From the NCBI RefSeq assembly GCF_963921235.1, contig NC_086101.1, positions 13,454,001 to 13,518,000 on the forward strand: a stretch of DNA of 64,000 nucleotides. The letters are read 5' to 3'. Below are positions 9,845 through 22,874 of the stretch, piece by piece. Source of the DNA: Mobula hypostoma (Eukaryota). The notes beneath the pieces are model-generated. The model was given only the letters and a program-made list of their open reading frames with translations. It ran no database searches and was not told where the DNA came from. Each line of letters starts with the position of its first letter. The first letter of the stretch is position 1. The position numbers and the translations under genes are program-made.

Positions 9845-12800
9845 TTTTCAATATTTTTTAGTTTAGATTCTACATAGAAGAATAGAGTACAAGAAAGTAT
9901 ACATAAAAGGTCAAAAAACTACCAATTACATTATATCTATTTATAACAATCTCATTACCCCGTATTCGTGTAAGTTAATCAATAGTTATATTGAAATATG
10001 CTAATTTATTACAAAAAAATTAGTCTAACCCCTACCAAGACCGAAGCTGTTTATTAATGAGAAAGAAAAGGTAAAATACCTTCTCAGATAATAAAAATTA
10101 ATATTAGCCAACATCTAAATTTAAACAACGAATTTAAGGTTTTGAAAGTTTTGAAAATAATTCAGAAAAGGTCCCCACAATGTTTGAAAGTCATGATGGG
10201 ATTCAGAAATTGAACAACGAATTTTCTCTAAATCTAAGCATGACATAACATCGCATGACCATTGAGCATGAGTAGGAGGTAAAACATTTTTCCATTTAAA
10301 CAAAAGCATCCTCCTAGCTATAAGAGAGCTAAAGGCCAAAATATGTAAATCAGATGTCCTCAGCTTGATATCTTGTCCTGCAACAATACCGAACAGGGCC
10401 ATCAGGGGGTTAGGCTTAAAATTGAGTTTGAAAAGTAAAGAAAAAGTTTGAAAAACTTCCTTCTAATATTTTTCAAGATTCGGACAAGTCCAAAACATAT
10501 GAATTAATGAAGCTTCTCTATTTTTGTATCTGTCACAGTAGGGAGATGTATCTGAATAAAAACGAGACGAGACAGCTTACCCTTAGTCATATGAGCTCTA
10601 TGTACCACATTAAATTGTTTGAAGGAATGGCAAGCACATAGCAATGAAGTATTAACCTGTTTAAAAATTTCATTCCAAATTTCCTCAGATATTGATGTCT
10701 GTAAATCTTGTTCCCAGAGATTCTTAATTTTGTCTGAAGGAACATTTCTCGTCTCCAGAAACATGCCATAAATATTAGATATTGAACCATTATGAAAAGG
10801 TGTCAAATTAAAAATTACGTCTAGTAAGTTCTTATCTGAGCTTATTGGAAATGTGCATAATTGAGATCTCTAATTTGTAGATATCTGAAAAAGTGAGTTT
10901 TGGGTAAGCTATTTTTAGCTGACAATTGCTTAAATGACAAAAGGTTTCCTCCAACAAACAGATCCCAAAAACATTTAATACCGAACCTGTCCCATTCTTT
11001 AAAAACTAAATCAGTCATGGAGGGTTTAAAGAAAATTAGAATAAATGGGACTAGAATGGGAAAATCTCAATAAACCAAAATATTTTCTAAATTGTATCCA
11101 GATCCTCAGAGTATGTTTAACTATTAAATTATCAGTTAGTTTACTTGCAAATAAAGGAAGTGAGGATCCAAGAAGAGAAATAATAGAAAATTTATTAACA
11201 GAGTTAGCTTCTAAAGGACCCATACCAGACAGTCTACACGATTAATATAATATAGCCAAAATGTAAGATATCGTATATTAACTACCCAGTAATAAAAGCT
11301 AAAATTAGTTAAGGCTAAACCTCCAGCCTTTTTAGATTCAAGATTCAAAAAACTTTATTGTCATTCTAACCATACGTCAGCTCTGCAGGACAGAATGAGA
11401 CAGCGTTTGTCAGGAGCAGTGCAAACATAACATAACAAACGCAAGACTAAATAAGAAACATAACAATAAATAGTAAAACACAATAGCCACATCTCAGTTA
11501 AAATCAGTTATAAGTGTCCAGTGCATGTTAAAAGTGACCAAAGCAGAGTCAGGTGGAGCAGCTATTTAGCAGTCTGACCGCCTGTGGGAGGAAGCTGTTT
11601 AGTAGCCTTGTGGTTTTAGTTTTGATGCTCCTGTAATGTTTGCCTGATGGCAGAAGAACAAACAGTTCATGGAGAGGATGTGAGGGGTCTTTAATGATGT
11701 ACCATGTCTTCTGGAGGCATCGACTCTGAAAGAGGTCTTGGACGGAAGGTAGGGAGACCCCAATGACCTTCTCTGCTCCCCTAACCACCCTCTGCAAGGC
11801 TTTTTTGTCGACAGCATTGCAGCTGGAGTACCAGGTTGTGATGCAAAAGGTCAGCACACTGTCAACTACGCCTCTGTAGAATGTAGTTAAGATGTTAGTG
11901 GGGAGTGATGCTTGTTTAAGCTTCCTCAGAAAGTGCAATCTCTGCTGGGCCTGTTTCACAATCCCAGTGGTGTTCCTGGACCAGGTGAGATTGTCCGAGA
12001 TCTGCACCCCAAGGAACTTGATGTTTTCCACTCTCTCCACTGTGGAGCCACTGATGCTGAGGGGTGTGTGCTCAGGCTGAGACCATCTGAAATCGATGAT
12101 CATCTCCTTGATTTTGGTGACATTAAGCATCAAATTGTTATCCCTGCACCAGCTCGCTAGGTGTTTGACCTCCTCCCTGTACATAGTTTCATCACTTTTG
12201 CTGATGAGCCCCACCACTGTGGTATCATCTGCAAATTTAATGATCAGGTTCTCCTTGAATCTGGCTGCACAGTCATGTGTTAGCAGTGTAAACAGCAATG
12301 GGCTAAGCACACAGCCTTGTGGGGATCCAGTGCTCAGTGTGATGGAGTCAGATATTCCTGCCAACACGGACTGACTGTGGTCTCTCTATCAAGAAATCCG
12401 GAATCCAGCGACACATGGCAGTGTTAAGGCCAAGCAGCAACAGTTTCTCCACTAGTCTCTGTGGGATGATGGTATTTTTGAAGATGAACTTTAATTAAAT
12501 GAGGATATTTATTTTTCCATATATAGGAGGATAAAATAGAATGAAGAGAGTCAAAGGATATGGGAATAAAAACGGGTAAAGCCTGAAAAAGATATATAAA
12601 TTTAGGTAGAATATTCTTTTTAATAGAATTAATTCGTCCAATCAACGATATTGAAAGAGGTGACCAATTAATGATATCCTTTTTTACATGGTTCAATAAA
12701 GTAAAAAAGTTTTCTTTAAACAGGTGTTTGTAATTCTTAGTGACTGTTACACCCAAATAAGTAAATTGATTCCTTACAAATTTAAAAGGGAGATTAGTAT

Positions 12801-12960
12801 TAACTGATACCAAATTATTTGAAGGAAGTAATCCATTCTTATGTAGGTTCAATTTGTATCCTGAAAACTGAGAGTAAGGAAAGTATGCAAGGTAGGGAGG
12901 TCTCAACATTAGAGATAAAAAGCAATATATCATCAGCGTAAAGCAAGATATTGGTAGGCT
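9845..12960 (-). mobile_element. L1-clade LINE ORF2 fragment (degenerate, split by a Rex insertion)
   Basis: FSGYKLNLHK, YLGVTVT, GRINSIKKNILPKFIYLFQALP, HLQK|SKKAGG across the insertion, C-terminal LEKIR...WGPFL. Confidence 0.8.
11338..12475 (-). mobile_element. Rex1/Babar LINE 3' fragment nested in L1
   Basis: ORF 11549-12367 TGSPQGCVLSPLLFTLLTHDC, IKFADDTTVVGLI, AQQRLHFLRKL, NSFLPQAVRLLN; (TTGAATC)n tail. Confidence 0.85.
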
Positions 12961-12961
12961 A

Positions 12962-14040
12962 AATTCCAGTGAGTACAGGTCCAAAGCTGCCAAACACTCC
13001 TCATGTTAACCCCTTCATTCCCAGAATCATCCTCATGAACCTCTTCTGGACTCTCTCCAATGACAACACGTCCTTTCTGAGATATGGGAGCCAAAACTGT
13101 TGACAATACTGCAAGTGCAGCCTGACTAGTGTCTTATAAAGCCTCAGCATTATCTCCTTGCTTTTACATTCTATCCTTCTTGAAATAAATGCCAACACTG
13201 CATGTGCCTTCTTTACCACAGACTCGACCATCCACGAGTCTTGCACAAGGACCCTGCACCTCATTTAGATAATAGTCTCCACTATTGGTCCTTTTACCCA
13301 AGTGCATTATTGTACATTCCCCAACACTCTGTTCCATCTGCCACTTTTTACCCTTTCTTCCAATTGGTCTCAGTCCTGCTGTCAATCACATTGTTTCCTC
13401 AGTACTTCCTACCCCTCCACCTATCTTCATATCATCCTCAAACTTTGTCACAAAGCCAGCGATTCCATTATCTAAATCATTGACAAACAATGTGAAAAGT
13501 TGTCCCAGTACGGACCTGGATGAACACCACTAGTCACTGGCAGCCAACCAGAAATGTCTGTTTTTTTCCCCTCTCGCTGCCTCCTGCCTGTCAGCCATTT
13601 CGCTATCCATGCTAGTGTCTTTCCTGTAACACCATATGATTTTATCTTCTTAAGCAGCCTCATGTGTGGCACCTCATCAAATGCCTTTTGAAAATCCAAG
13701 TAAATGACATCCACTGCCTCTCCTTTGTCCACCCTGCTTGTTACTTCCTCAAAGAACTCGAACAAGTTTGTCAGGCAAGATCTCCCTTCACTGAAGCCAT
13801 CCTGACTTTGACTTAATTCATCCATCATCAATCTCCAAGTGCCTCAAAACCTCATCCTTAATGATGGACTCCAACACTTTCCCAACCACTGAGGTTATGG
13901 CTAACCGGCCTATAGTTTCCTTTCTTTTCCCTCCTTCCCCTCTTAAGGAGTGGAGTGACATTTGCAATTTTCCATTCCTCCGGAACCATGCCAGAATTAA
14001 GCGATTCTTGAAAGATTATGACCAACGAATCTGTTATCTC
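12962..14040 (-). mobile_element. CR1 LINE ORF2 fragment
   Basis: VPEEWKIANVTPL, GRSCLTNLFEFFEEVT, IYLDFQKAFD, LYKTLVRLHLQYC. Confidence 0.85.
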
Positions 14041-14706
14041 TTCATGTCGGGCGTGTTGATGGGAATGGCGATATAATATATATAAGTGGATATTTGATTG
14101 TCTATACGGATTTGGCGGGCTGTAGGCCCTGTTCAACAACGCATGACAATGACAAATCGACAGACACGTGGATTATACTGTAATTTAATTAACCAAAATA
14201 TGGACCATGCGCTAAAGCAGAGTGGGTTCTGTCCCTGTGGCATTTAAGGGCTTGGCTATGAGTCTGGAGACCCTCCCGAAACAATGCTGGGTGAGATTTT
14301 ACATCAGTCTGGCCCTGCTACAGTCTTAAACAGAGAGCATCCAGATTGTTTAATAAAATGCATGTAGATTTCCAGAGCTGAAGCCAAGATCTTTGCCTTT
14401 CAGTCATTGACAGGCCTGACAATTCGACAATACTGCTACAGTATTGATCAGAATCAGTTTATGATCACTGGCATAAGTCGTGAAATTTGCTGTTTACAGC
14501 AGCAATGCAATGTGTTCCATAAAAATGACCTTGAATCACAATAAATCTAAAAAATAAACAAGCAGTTCAAAAAGAAAACCTAAAATGAGGTAGTGTTCAT
14601 GGTTTTTTCGAAAATACGATGGATAAGGGGAAGCATCGTTGAGTGTGGGTCTTCAGGCTCCTATGACAGCATGTCCTGGATCAGGGTCCTAAAGTGTCCT
14701 AAATTA

Positions 14707-15731
14707 TTCTTGATTACCTGACTGGCAGACCACAGTACGTGTGCTTGCAACACTGTGTGTCCGACAGAGTGATCAGCAGCACTGGGGCTCCACAGGGGAC
14801 TGTCTTGTCTCCCTTTCTCTTCACCATTTACACCTCAGACTTCAACTACTGCACAGAGTCTTGTCATCTTCAGAAGTTTTCTGATGACTCTGCCATAGTT
14901 GGATGTATCAGCAAGGGAGATGAGGCTGAGTACAGGGCTACGGTAGGAAACTTTGTCACATGGTGTGAGCAGAATTATCTGCAGCTTAATGTGAAAAAGA
15001 CTAAGGAGCTGGTGGTAGACCTGAGGAGAGCTAAGGTACCAGTGACCCCTGTTTCCATCCAGGGGGTCAGTGTGGACATGGTGGAGGATTACAAGTACCT
15101 GGGGATACGAATTGACAATAAACTGGACGGTTCTAAGGACACTGAGGCTGTCTACAAGAAGGGTCAGAGCCGTCTCTATTTCCTGAGGAGACTGAGGTCC
15201 TTTAACATCTGTCAGACGATGCTGAGGATGTTCTATGAGTCTGTGGTGGCCAATGCTATCATGTTTGCTGTTGTGTGCTGGGGCAGCAGGCTGAGGGTAG
15301 CAGACACCAACAGAATCAACAAACTCATTCATAAGGCCAGTGATGTTGTGGGGATGGGACTGGACTCTCTGACGGTGGTGTCTGAAAAGAGGATGCTGTC
15401 TAAGTTGCATGCCATCTTGGACAATGTCTCCCATCCACTACAAAATGTACTGGGTGGGTACAGGAGTACATTCAGCCAGAGACTCATTCTACCGAGATGC
15501 AACACAGAGCGTCACAGGAAGTCACTCCTGCCTGTGGCCATCAAACTTTACAACTCCTCCCTTGGAGGGTCAGACACCCTGAGCCAATAGGCTGGTCCTG
15601 GACTTATTTCCTGGCATAATTTACATATTACTATTTAATTATTTATGGTTCTATTACTATTTATTATTTATGGTGCAACTGTAACGAAAACCAATTTCCC
15701 CCAGGATCAATAAAGTATGACTATGACTATG
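14707..15731 (+). mobile_element. Rex1/Babar LINE 3' fragment
   Basis: ORF 14739-15590 TGAPQGTVLSPFLFTIYTSD, QKFSDDSAIVG, KGQSRLYFLRRL; (CTATGA)n tail. Confidence 0.85.
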
Positions 15732-15979
15732 AATATATCTGATATTCTTAGTTTATATCGTAACTGCCGTTCTTGGCTCAGTCTTTTAGCGACGCAGCTA
15801 CATGCTAAAGATCCGACACACATTTGCCTTACCTGCAACCGATCTTGCCGTGCCCAGCTCACCTTCAAACTCATTATCTAAACAATTGCAATTTCTTCTG
15901 AAATTGTTCGTCTTTTCGATCTTAAACCTTGCTTTGTTGTTTTGCTTTCGTGGTTTGCCCTTTTGTTAATTAGGTATAT

Positions 15980-15995
15980 GGCTCTAAAAAGAGCC
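15980..15995 (-). promoter_or_regulatory. Histone 3' stem-loop (H4)
   Basis: Minus strand GGCTCT-TTTT-AGAGCC, 30 nt after the stop; purine-rich AAAAGGG downstream. Confidence 0.9.
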
Positions 15996-16025
15996 TTTTA
16001 ATGGTGGGAATACCTGCTTTGAGAT

Positions 16026-16358
<333 letters not shown>

Positions 16359-16387
16359 CTACCCAGCTGCAGGACGAGAAATGACCG

Positions 16388-16440
16388 ATTAATAGCGCTG
16401 CCGGGGATTGACTTTCGTAGTCTGGAGGCGGACCTGGTGG
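16388..16440 (-). promoter_or_regulatory. H4 promoter (GGTCCG HiNF-P-type element, TATA-like)
   Basis: Minus strand ccaGGTCCGc (core 16429-16434), identical to the motif upstream of the second H4; TATTAAT near 16388-16394. Confidence 0.7.
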
Positions 16441-16994
16441 GGAACCGATCCAGCGGGCGGAGTCACGATATTGCGCGTAACCGCGGCCGTGAAACATGTC
16501 CCCGTTTCAGGAGTTGATGGGTTAAAAAAAAGTGGAGGGTACCCCTCCCTTCAACTTTTTATTCTGACTTCTGCCCCATGCCTTTCCAATCCCGATGAAG
16601 GGTCCCAGCCCGAAACGTCGACTGTTTATTCCCCTCTACAGATGCTGCCTCGCAAAGTTCCCTTTTTTTAACAGCTAGCAAGAAATCTTTACGCGGCCTG
16701 AAAACTGAGCGGCTGTAAAAAAAAGAGGAAACCTTGTGAAGAATCACTTTAAATCTTTTTTGAAATAAAATACGTACTATAAATATTTAGAACGAAAATC
16801 GAAAAGTCAAATACTTCTGTTTTTATTTATTAATTGAAGGGTACAGTATAATGAAACACGGTACAACAAAGAAAATCTTCCACGTTTCCTTAACTTTTTC
16901 TTGTCTGATTATTACAAATCCATTGTCTATAAACACCGTCCAGATGAATTTCACATCCCAATGAAATATATGTCTTAATCCTCATTGGATCACT

Positions 16995-17549
16995 TAAATA
17001 GATGCACCGTAGAAAGCATTCTTCTAGGGTGCATCACAACCTGGTATGGAAGTTGTCCTGTCCAAGACCGAAAGAAGCTGCAGAAGATCGTGAATACAGC
17101 CCAGCACATCACAGAAACCAATCTTCCGTCCTTGGACTCACTTTACACCACACGCTGTCAGAGCAGTGCTGCCAGGATAATCAAGGACACGACCCACCCA
17201 GCCAACACACTTTTTGTCCCTCTTCCCTCCGGGAGAAGGTTCAGGAGCTTGAAGACTGGTACACCCAGATTTGGGAACAGCTTCTTTCCAACTGTGATAA
17301 GACTGCTGAATGGATCCTGACCCAGATCTGGGCCGTATCCTCCAAATATCCGGACCTGCCTCTCGGATTTTCTTTTGCACTACATTATTTCTTATTTTTC
17401 TATTTTCTATTTATGATTTATAATTTAAATTTTTAATATTTACTATCGATTTGTAATCCAGGGAGCGGGAAGCGCAGAATCAAATATCGCTGTGATGATT
17501 GTATGTTCTAGTATCAATTGTTGGGCGACAATAAATTATAAAGTATAAA
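16995..17549 (+). mobile_element. Rex1/Babar 3' fragment
   Basis: RCTVESILLGCITTWYG...LPSGRR...NSFFPTVIRLLN followed by a 3' UTR. Confidence 0.8.
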
Positions 17550-18741
17550 TGTCCCACTTCCAGTCTGCTTTTGCATTTACATTTGATTGAATTCATAAAA
17601 CTGAATTTACTACACTGTCAGCACTAGAAATTTGAAATTTTCCAACCTTATCAACAAGAATTGACAGTTCTTCAAATTCTTTATTTCTAAGCATGTAGTT
17701 CAACATATCAGTGAACGTCTATTTGACCAGCCTTAACTTTTTCAGGAATGACAAGTTTGAAATCACAATATTGCTGTGATACTTTTTGAGGCAATGCTTT
17801 TGTTGTATATAACGGAAATTTCCTGCTGCATAGCAACAAAGTCTTGTGAAAGGGAGCATTTCAGTTACGGCGTGGCCAGGCCCCGCGCAGCTTAGGAGGA
17901 ACAGCAGGTGCCTGGCCTGCTGAGTTCCTTCAACATTTAATGCACCCTTAGTGATATATCTGATGAAATTTAAATGGTGCAGGAAAATGATAAATAACTT
18001 ATCCTGCTTCAAATTTCTTACTTTCCAAAGGGGCTATTTTGCCCCTCTTCTCAGACAACTGGCATTAAGCATCTTTCGGACATCTTACTAAATATTGAAA
18101 CCTTCTCAAGCATTCTTCATTAATTTATAGAGCCACAGAGAGCCAAGCAGTTAGAGAGCACAGGGACAGGGCTCTCGGTCCAAGTCACTCACACTGACCA
18201 AGATGACTAGCTATGCTAATCTTATTCACCTGCATTTGGGCCATATCCCTCTAAGTCATTCCAAATGTATTTTAAACATTATACCTGCATCTACAGATTC
18301 CCATGGCTGTTCATTTCCTGTACCTGCCAGCCTTGTGTGAAAAAGGTGCCCCTCGGGAACTTTTAAATGTTTCTCCTCTCACCTTATATCTATGCACTCT
18401 AGTTTTTGAACGCCTACCCTGAGATAAAGACTGTAACCATCTAGCTTTCCCTCTTAGTCATTAACTGATTTGATAATTCAGTATTATAATTATTATGCTA
18501 CAGCATTGGTCTGAATCTGAATCAGGTTTATCTCCGCTGCCCCCATGATTTTATGTACCTCCATAAGATCGCCTCTTCCTTGTAAATACCAGAGGTTTTG
18601 TTCAACAAGTACATTATGGATGTCAGCAAAGGCTGAAGATTGAAGAATCAAGTTTGTGGCAGTGCCAGAGCATAGATGGGCACTCAAGTGGGGAGACTGA
18701 GTAAAAAAACCTAATGGTGGTAGGGGATAAGTAGAGCAGCT

Positions 18742-19063
18742 GGACAGATACCACTCTCTATAACTGCAAACACAACTCCCAAACCCCGGACAGATACCAT
18801 TGTCTATAACTGCAAATATAACTCTCAAACACTGGACAGATACCACTCTCTATAACCACAAACACAACTCCCAAACCCCGGACAGATACCACTGTCTATA
18901 ACCACAAACACAACTCTCAAACACTGGACAGATACCACTCTCTATAACCACAAACACAACTCCCAAACCCCGGACAGATACCACTGTCTATAACCACAAA
19001 CACAACTCTCAAACACTGGACAGATACCACTCTCTATAACTGCAAACACAACTCCCAAACACT
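18742..19063 (+). repeat. 46-bp minisatellite, 7 units, alternating A/B variants
   Basis: Units start at 18742, 18788, 18834, 18880, 18926, 18972, 19018 (ggacagataccactctctataac...). Confidence 0.9.
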
Positions 19064-19629
19064 GTGCTACCAGTTTAGGATTAAAGAGAGTTCCTCAGGA
19101 CTGGAATGGGAGGAGAAGGATCTAGTTGTCACTGGCCATGTGTGAACCTATTAACCAAAGAAAAGGCAGCTCTGCTGAACAAACATGTATCTAGGGTGAA
19201 AGTTTGAAACAAAGGCAATAACCTATTGATTGGTACCTGAGCCACAGACATATTACCATTAAATCAATAAAGAATTGAGCACATGGTTATATGGAGAGCT
19301 GCCACAGGAAAGAAGAATCCATCATCAAAGACTCTAACATCTCGCTACTGCCATCAGGCAGCAGGTACGGAAGCCTTAGGTCCCACACCACCGGGTTCAG
19401 GAACAATTATCATGCTACAGCCATCAGACCCCTGAACCGACTCCAACACAGCATGCCCAGAACTTATTAACCCTACCCGGCATGTATTTTTGGAATCTGG
19501 GTGGACACTGGGGCACACAGAGGATCCCAGGCGCAAACAGGGACAGTGAACAAGCTCCTTACAGACAGTAGCAGGAGTTGAACCCTGACCACAGGCACCA
19601 GAAAGCACTATGCTTTCTACTATGTTATT

Positions 19630-20410
19630 CCAGTTTAAGATGGTGAACATCAGAGACTAGTTATCGGTGTCAAGCAAAACAAAGAAAACAAGTCAGTACT
19701 TTTGTAATAACGCTTTTCCTGGCAAACATTGATTGCAAACAACGGCCTATAACTTCCTTTTCAAAGTTGAGTTGAGTTTTGGAACTGCCTGTACGACCTG
19801 GCATTTTTGCAGTGAAGTCTCGAAGGCTGTAGCACAGGAGCGGGGCCAGAAAGAGAGGAAAGAGCCGATGTTTGGGGGCGATCCAGTGTGGGAAAGCCAA
19901 GGTGAGGAGACCAGAGGTGAGACAGAGCCCAGGCCTGAGAGCAAGGAAAGAACTGAGGTTTGATCGGTTTAAGTGCTGGGCCACCAGCCGGAGACCATAC
20001 TGAAGCAGTAGGGTCCCAGAGTGAGGAACGAACCGAGGTGTGGCTGACTCACAGACCGGACCAGACCAGACTGAAAAAGGTCAGGGTGTTGGGACTGGAG
20101 GCAGGGGAAGGGCTGGTTCTGCTCGCTGCCCCACGACATTTACTTGGCTCTACGCTGAACCAAGGCTGCAGTGACGCACGGCTTCATGTGTGTGGGCTCA
20201 CTTTTGTAAAACTTCAGTTCTGAGTGTTGTTTGCTTACTTTTATTCTTTCCCACGTTCTGTGTTTTCCCCCTTCTCTCTGCATGTTGGGTGATCAACAGT
20301 CTTTTTAAAAATGGGTTCTATTGGGGTTCTTTGTTCTGTGGCTGCCCATAAGGAGATGAATTTCGAGGTTGTATAATGTATACATTCTCTGATAATAAAT
20401 GTACTTGAAC
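19630..20410 (+). mobile_element. Non-coding interspersed repeat with Rex-like 3' tail
   Basis: Similar to 47500-48000; ends tgataataaatgtacttgaac. Confidence 0.5.
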
Positions 20411-20489
20411 TGTGGGAAGGGGTACAGGAGAGGAAGCCATTTCTGCATTGTATAACTCTGTTTAAGAAAAAAGGGAGAAGAAAGTGGGT

Positions 20490-21100
20490 TCTATGGACCC
20501 ATTAGTGGGCAGCCGTCCATCCCAGGGGATTACGGGTTTGTGCCTTTGGTGGACCGTGTCCTCTCCAGGGTGCAAGCCTGGGTGGGAAGATCTGAAGAAC
20601 CGGCTGTTGCCCATGCAGCAGGTTCCCCCTCTGCATGTCACTGACATAGTCCAAGGGAAGGGCAAGCGATGATACAGCTTGGCACCAGTGTCGTCGCAAA
20701 GGTTGTCAGAATGAAGTTGTAAACAACATCAAACTGCCTTAGGGACCCGGTTCTGGATTTCTTCCTCGGGGTTTACTCCCGAAGCCTCTCCCATGGGTGG
20801 GTATGGCCGCAACGCAGCGGAGGTTTGAAATAACAATTTTTCTTTTCCCAGGTGGCTGCCATCCACAGCTGACGAGCCCCACCTGCTTGCAGCAACTGGT
20901 TTTGAGGCACCAGTGGTCTGCCTTTGCCCCTTCCTTCATCAGTAGAAACAGTTCCGCTGGGCCTAGTAGCTAAGCCACACGTGAAGGCCAAGAGTTGGAC
21001 TTGGTTGAAAGAGGCTGTTAGAGTCACACACCATTTGGAGCATGTTTTAGGTAGTGGGAGCTTCTCTCCACTACCATCCCGGCTATGACAACCTGAGGAA
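20490..21100 (-). mobile_element. RTE-related non-autonomous element
   Basis: Minus strand ggggctcgtcagc...ggcagcc...ttcaaacc resembles RTE-clade 5' UTRs as I recall them; 5' hairpin ggtagtgg/ccactacc; no ORF. Confidence 0.45.
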
Positions 21101-21893
21101 CCATGGACCAGTTACCCTGTGACCGATGGTAGGGAAATGCTGCCCTCTGGTACTAAGGAAGTGGTAAGAGGCATACAGGAAATAATGACAAGTTTGGGCA
21201 GAGTGAATGGAAAAGGAAAGCTAATTTTTCAGGGTGTGTCTAGCAGAAGTGTGTACCAGATGATGTGGTGCTTTGGGCTCTCCAAAAGTCTCAGCCAAGT
21301 TAAAGTCAAACTCAAGTTTATTATCATATGCACAGGTGCAGTGAAAAACTTACGTGCAGCATCGTCACTGCCGCCTCTGAACAATTCAGTAAAAATGTTC
21401 AGAATGGATTACCTCTAACAGGCATTTCTGCAGATGATGGAAATCTCCACTAACATACTCAAAATGCTGGACAGCATCTATGGAGGAGGATAAACAGTCA
21501 GCCTTCAAGATGATCCCTTATCAGGACTGGAAAGGAAGGGGACAGAAGCCACAAAAAGAAGGGGCTAGGGGCAGAGGAGTACAAACTGGTCGGTAATAAA
21601 CGGGGTTAGATTGGGTCTTGCACTAACACCTTAGGAGTCGCCATAGACTCAAAATGTCACTGTAAATGCGGAGCCTGGGTGAAACAAATCACCAATAAGT
21701 ATGGACAAATTTCACATTTGCTGCGATGCTGTATTATATGCACACCTCGTAGAACATTCCCATATTAAATGTATTTTGCTGTTCTTGCAGAAGGCCTCAG
21801 GCTTCGCTTTTCTTCTTAGCCTTTGAGATGAGTCAAATTTCTTTATGTTTTGCAACACAAATTAATTTATTTGAACAAGATTGTTTCTAGAGG

Positions 21894-22114
21894 AACACAC
21901 ATCAAAGTTGCTGGTGAACGCAGCAGGCCAGGCAGCATCTATAGGAAGAGGCGCAGTCGACGTTTCAGGCCGAGATCCTTCGTCCTGACGAAGGGTCTCG
22001 GCCTGAAACGTCGACTGCGCCTCTTGCTATAGATGCTGCCTGGCCTGCTGCGTTCACCAGCAACTTTGATGTGTGTTGCTTGAATTTCCAGCATCTGCAG
22101 AATTCCTGTTGTTT
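21894..22114 (+). mobile_element. Fold-back Penelope terminal-repeat insertion with hammerhead
   Basis: 91-bp inverted arms 21894-21984 / 21987-22077; 13-bp TSD ttgtttctagagg (21881-21893 / 22115-22127). Confidence 0.9.
21982..22017 (+). ncRNA. Minimal hammerhead ribozyme motif
   Basis: GTC-CTGACGA-AGGgtctcggCCT-GAAA-CGTC-GAC; helix I shortened to 3 bp. Confidence 0.65.
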
Positions 22115-22262
22115 TTGTTTCTAGAGGCGAGGTTTTAAAATCGAATTTGGTTATTAAATAACGGTATTTTTCCTCGCCATTTTAAAGTTCTCCGTGTTCT
22201 CTTTACGGTTACGAATGGAAACACGATACCGGCTGCTATTTGTGCATCCGAGCACGGATTAG

Positions 22263-22300
22263 CCAATTGGAATTGTGAACATAACACCCTTCATTTGCAT
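22263..22300 (+). promoter_or_regulatory. H2B promoter (CCAAT + octamer)
   Basis: CCAAT at 22263-22267 and ATTTGCAT at 22293-22300 upstream of the H2B ATG. Confidence 0.75.
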
Positions 22301-22463
22301 AAAACGGCGCATATCAGACAGATGATTAGTATTTAATATTGGAATAACTGTGCTTAAATACTTTGGCCAGATCGAAGAGGTTAATTCCTTTCGGGTGCCA
22401 AACTAGTCGAACTGATCGGGTTTTTGAGTCAGGCAAGCCTGAGGAGGAATTACAGTATTTGCA

Positions 22464-22827
22464 ATGTCGACCGCTGATGCTGTTCCCGCAAATGGCACGG
22501 CTGTGGGTTCCAAGAGCATCTTGTCAAAGAAGGGCTCCGAGAAACAGAAGAAGAGCAGGAAGGAGAGCTACAGCACCTACATCTATAAAGTGCTGAAGCA
22601 GGTCCACCCGGACACGAGCCTTTCGTCCAAGGCCATGAGTATCCTCAACTCGTCCGTCGCCGATATCTTCGAGCGAGGCTTCCTTCCTGGTGCAATACAC
22701 CCGCCGCCAGACCATCTCCTCCCGGGACATCCAGAGTGCCGTCCGCTTCCTGCTGCCCGGGGGACTGGCCAAACACGCCGTCTCGGAAGGAACAAAAACG
22801 GTCACCAAATACACGAGCTCCAAGTAG
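22464..22827 (+). pseudogene. H2B: Divergent histone H2B variant with frameshifting deletion
   Basis: Frame 1 ...[39 protein letters not shown]; after about 22674 another frame gives [50 protein letters not shown]. 11 nt (RIAx) are missing. Confidence 0.9.
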
Positions 22828-22858
22828 ATTCTCCCCGAAAAAGATTAAACCACCAAAC

Positions 22859-22874
22859 GGCTCTTCCGCGAGCC
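22859..22874 (+). promoter_or_regulatory. Degenerate histone stem-loop
   Basis: GGCTCT-TCCG-CGAGCC; top pair mismatched and loop non-canonical. Confidence 0.75.

Noticed and set aside
18742-19063. CRISPR-like regular array
   Set aside because: Contiguous tandem units with no unique spacers, no cas genes, eukaryotic context.
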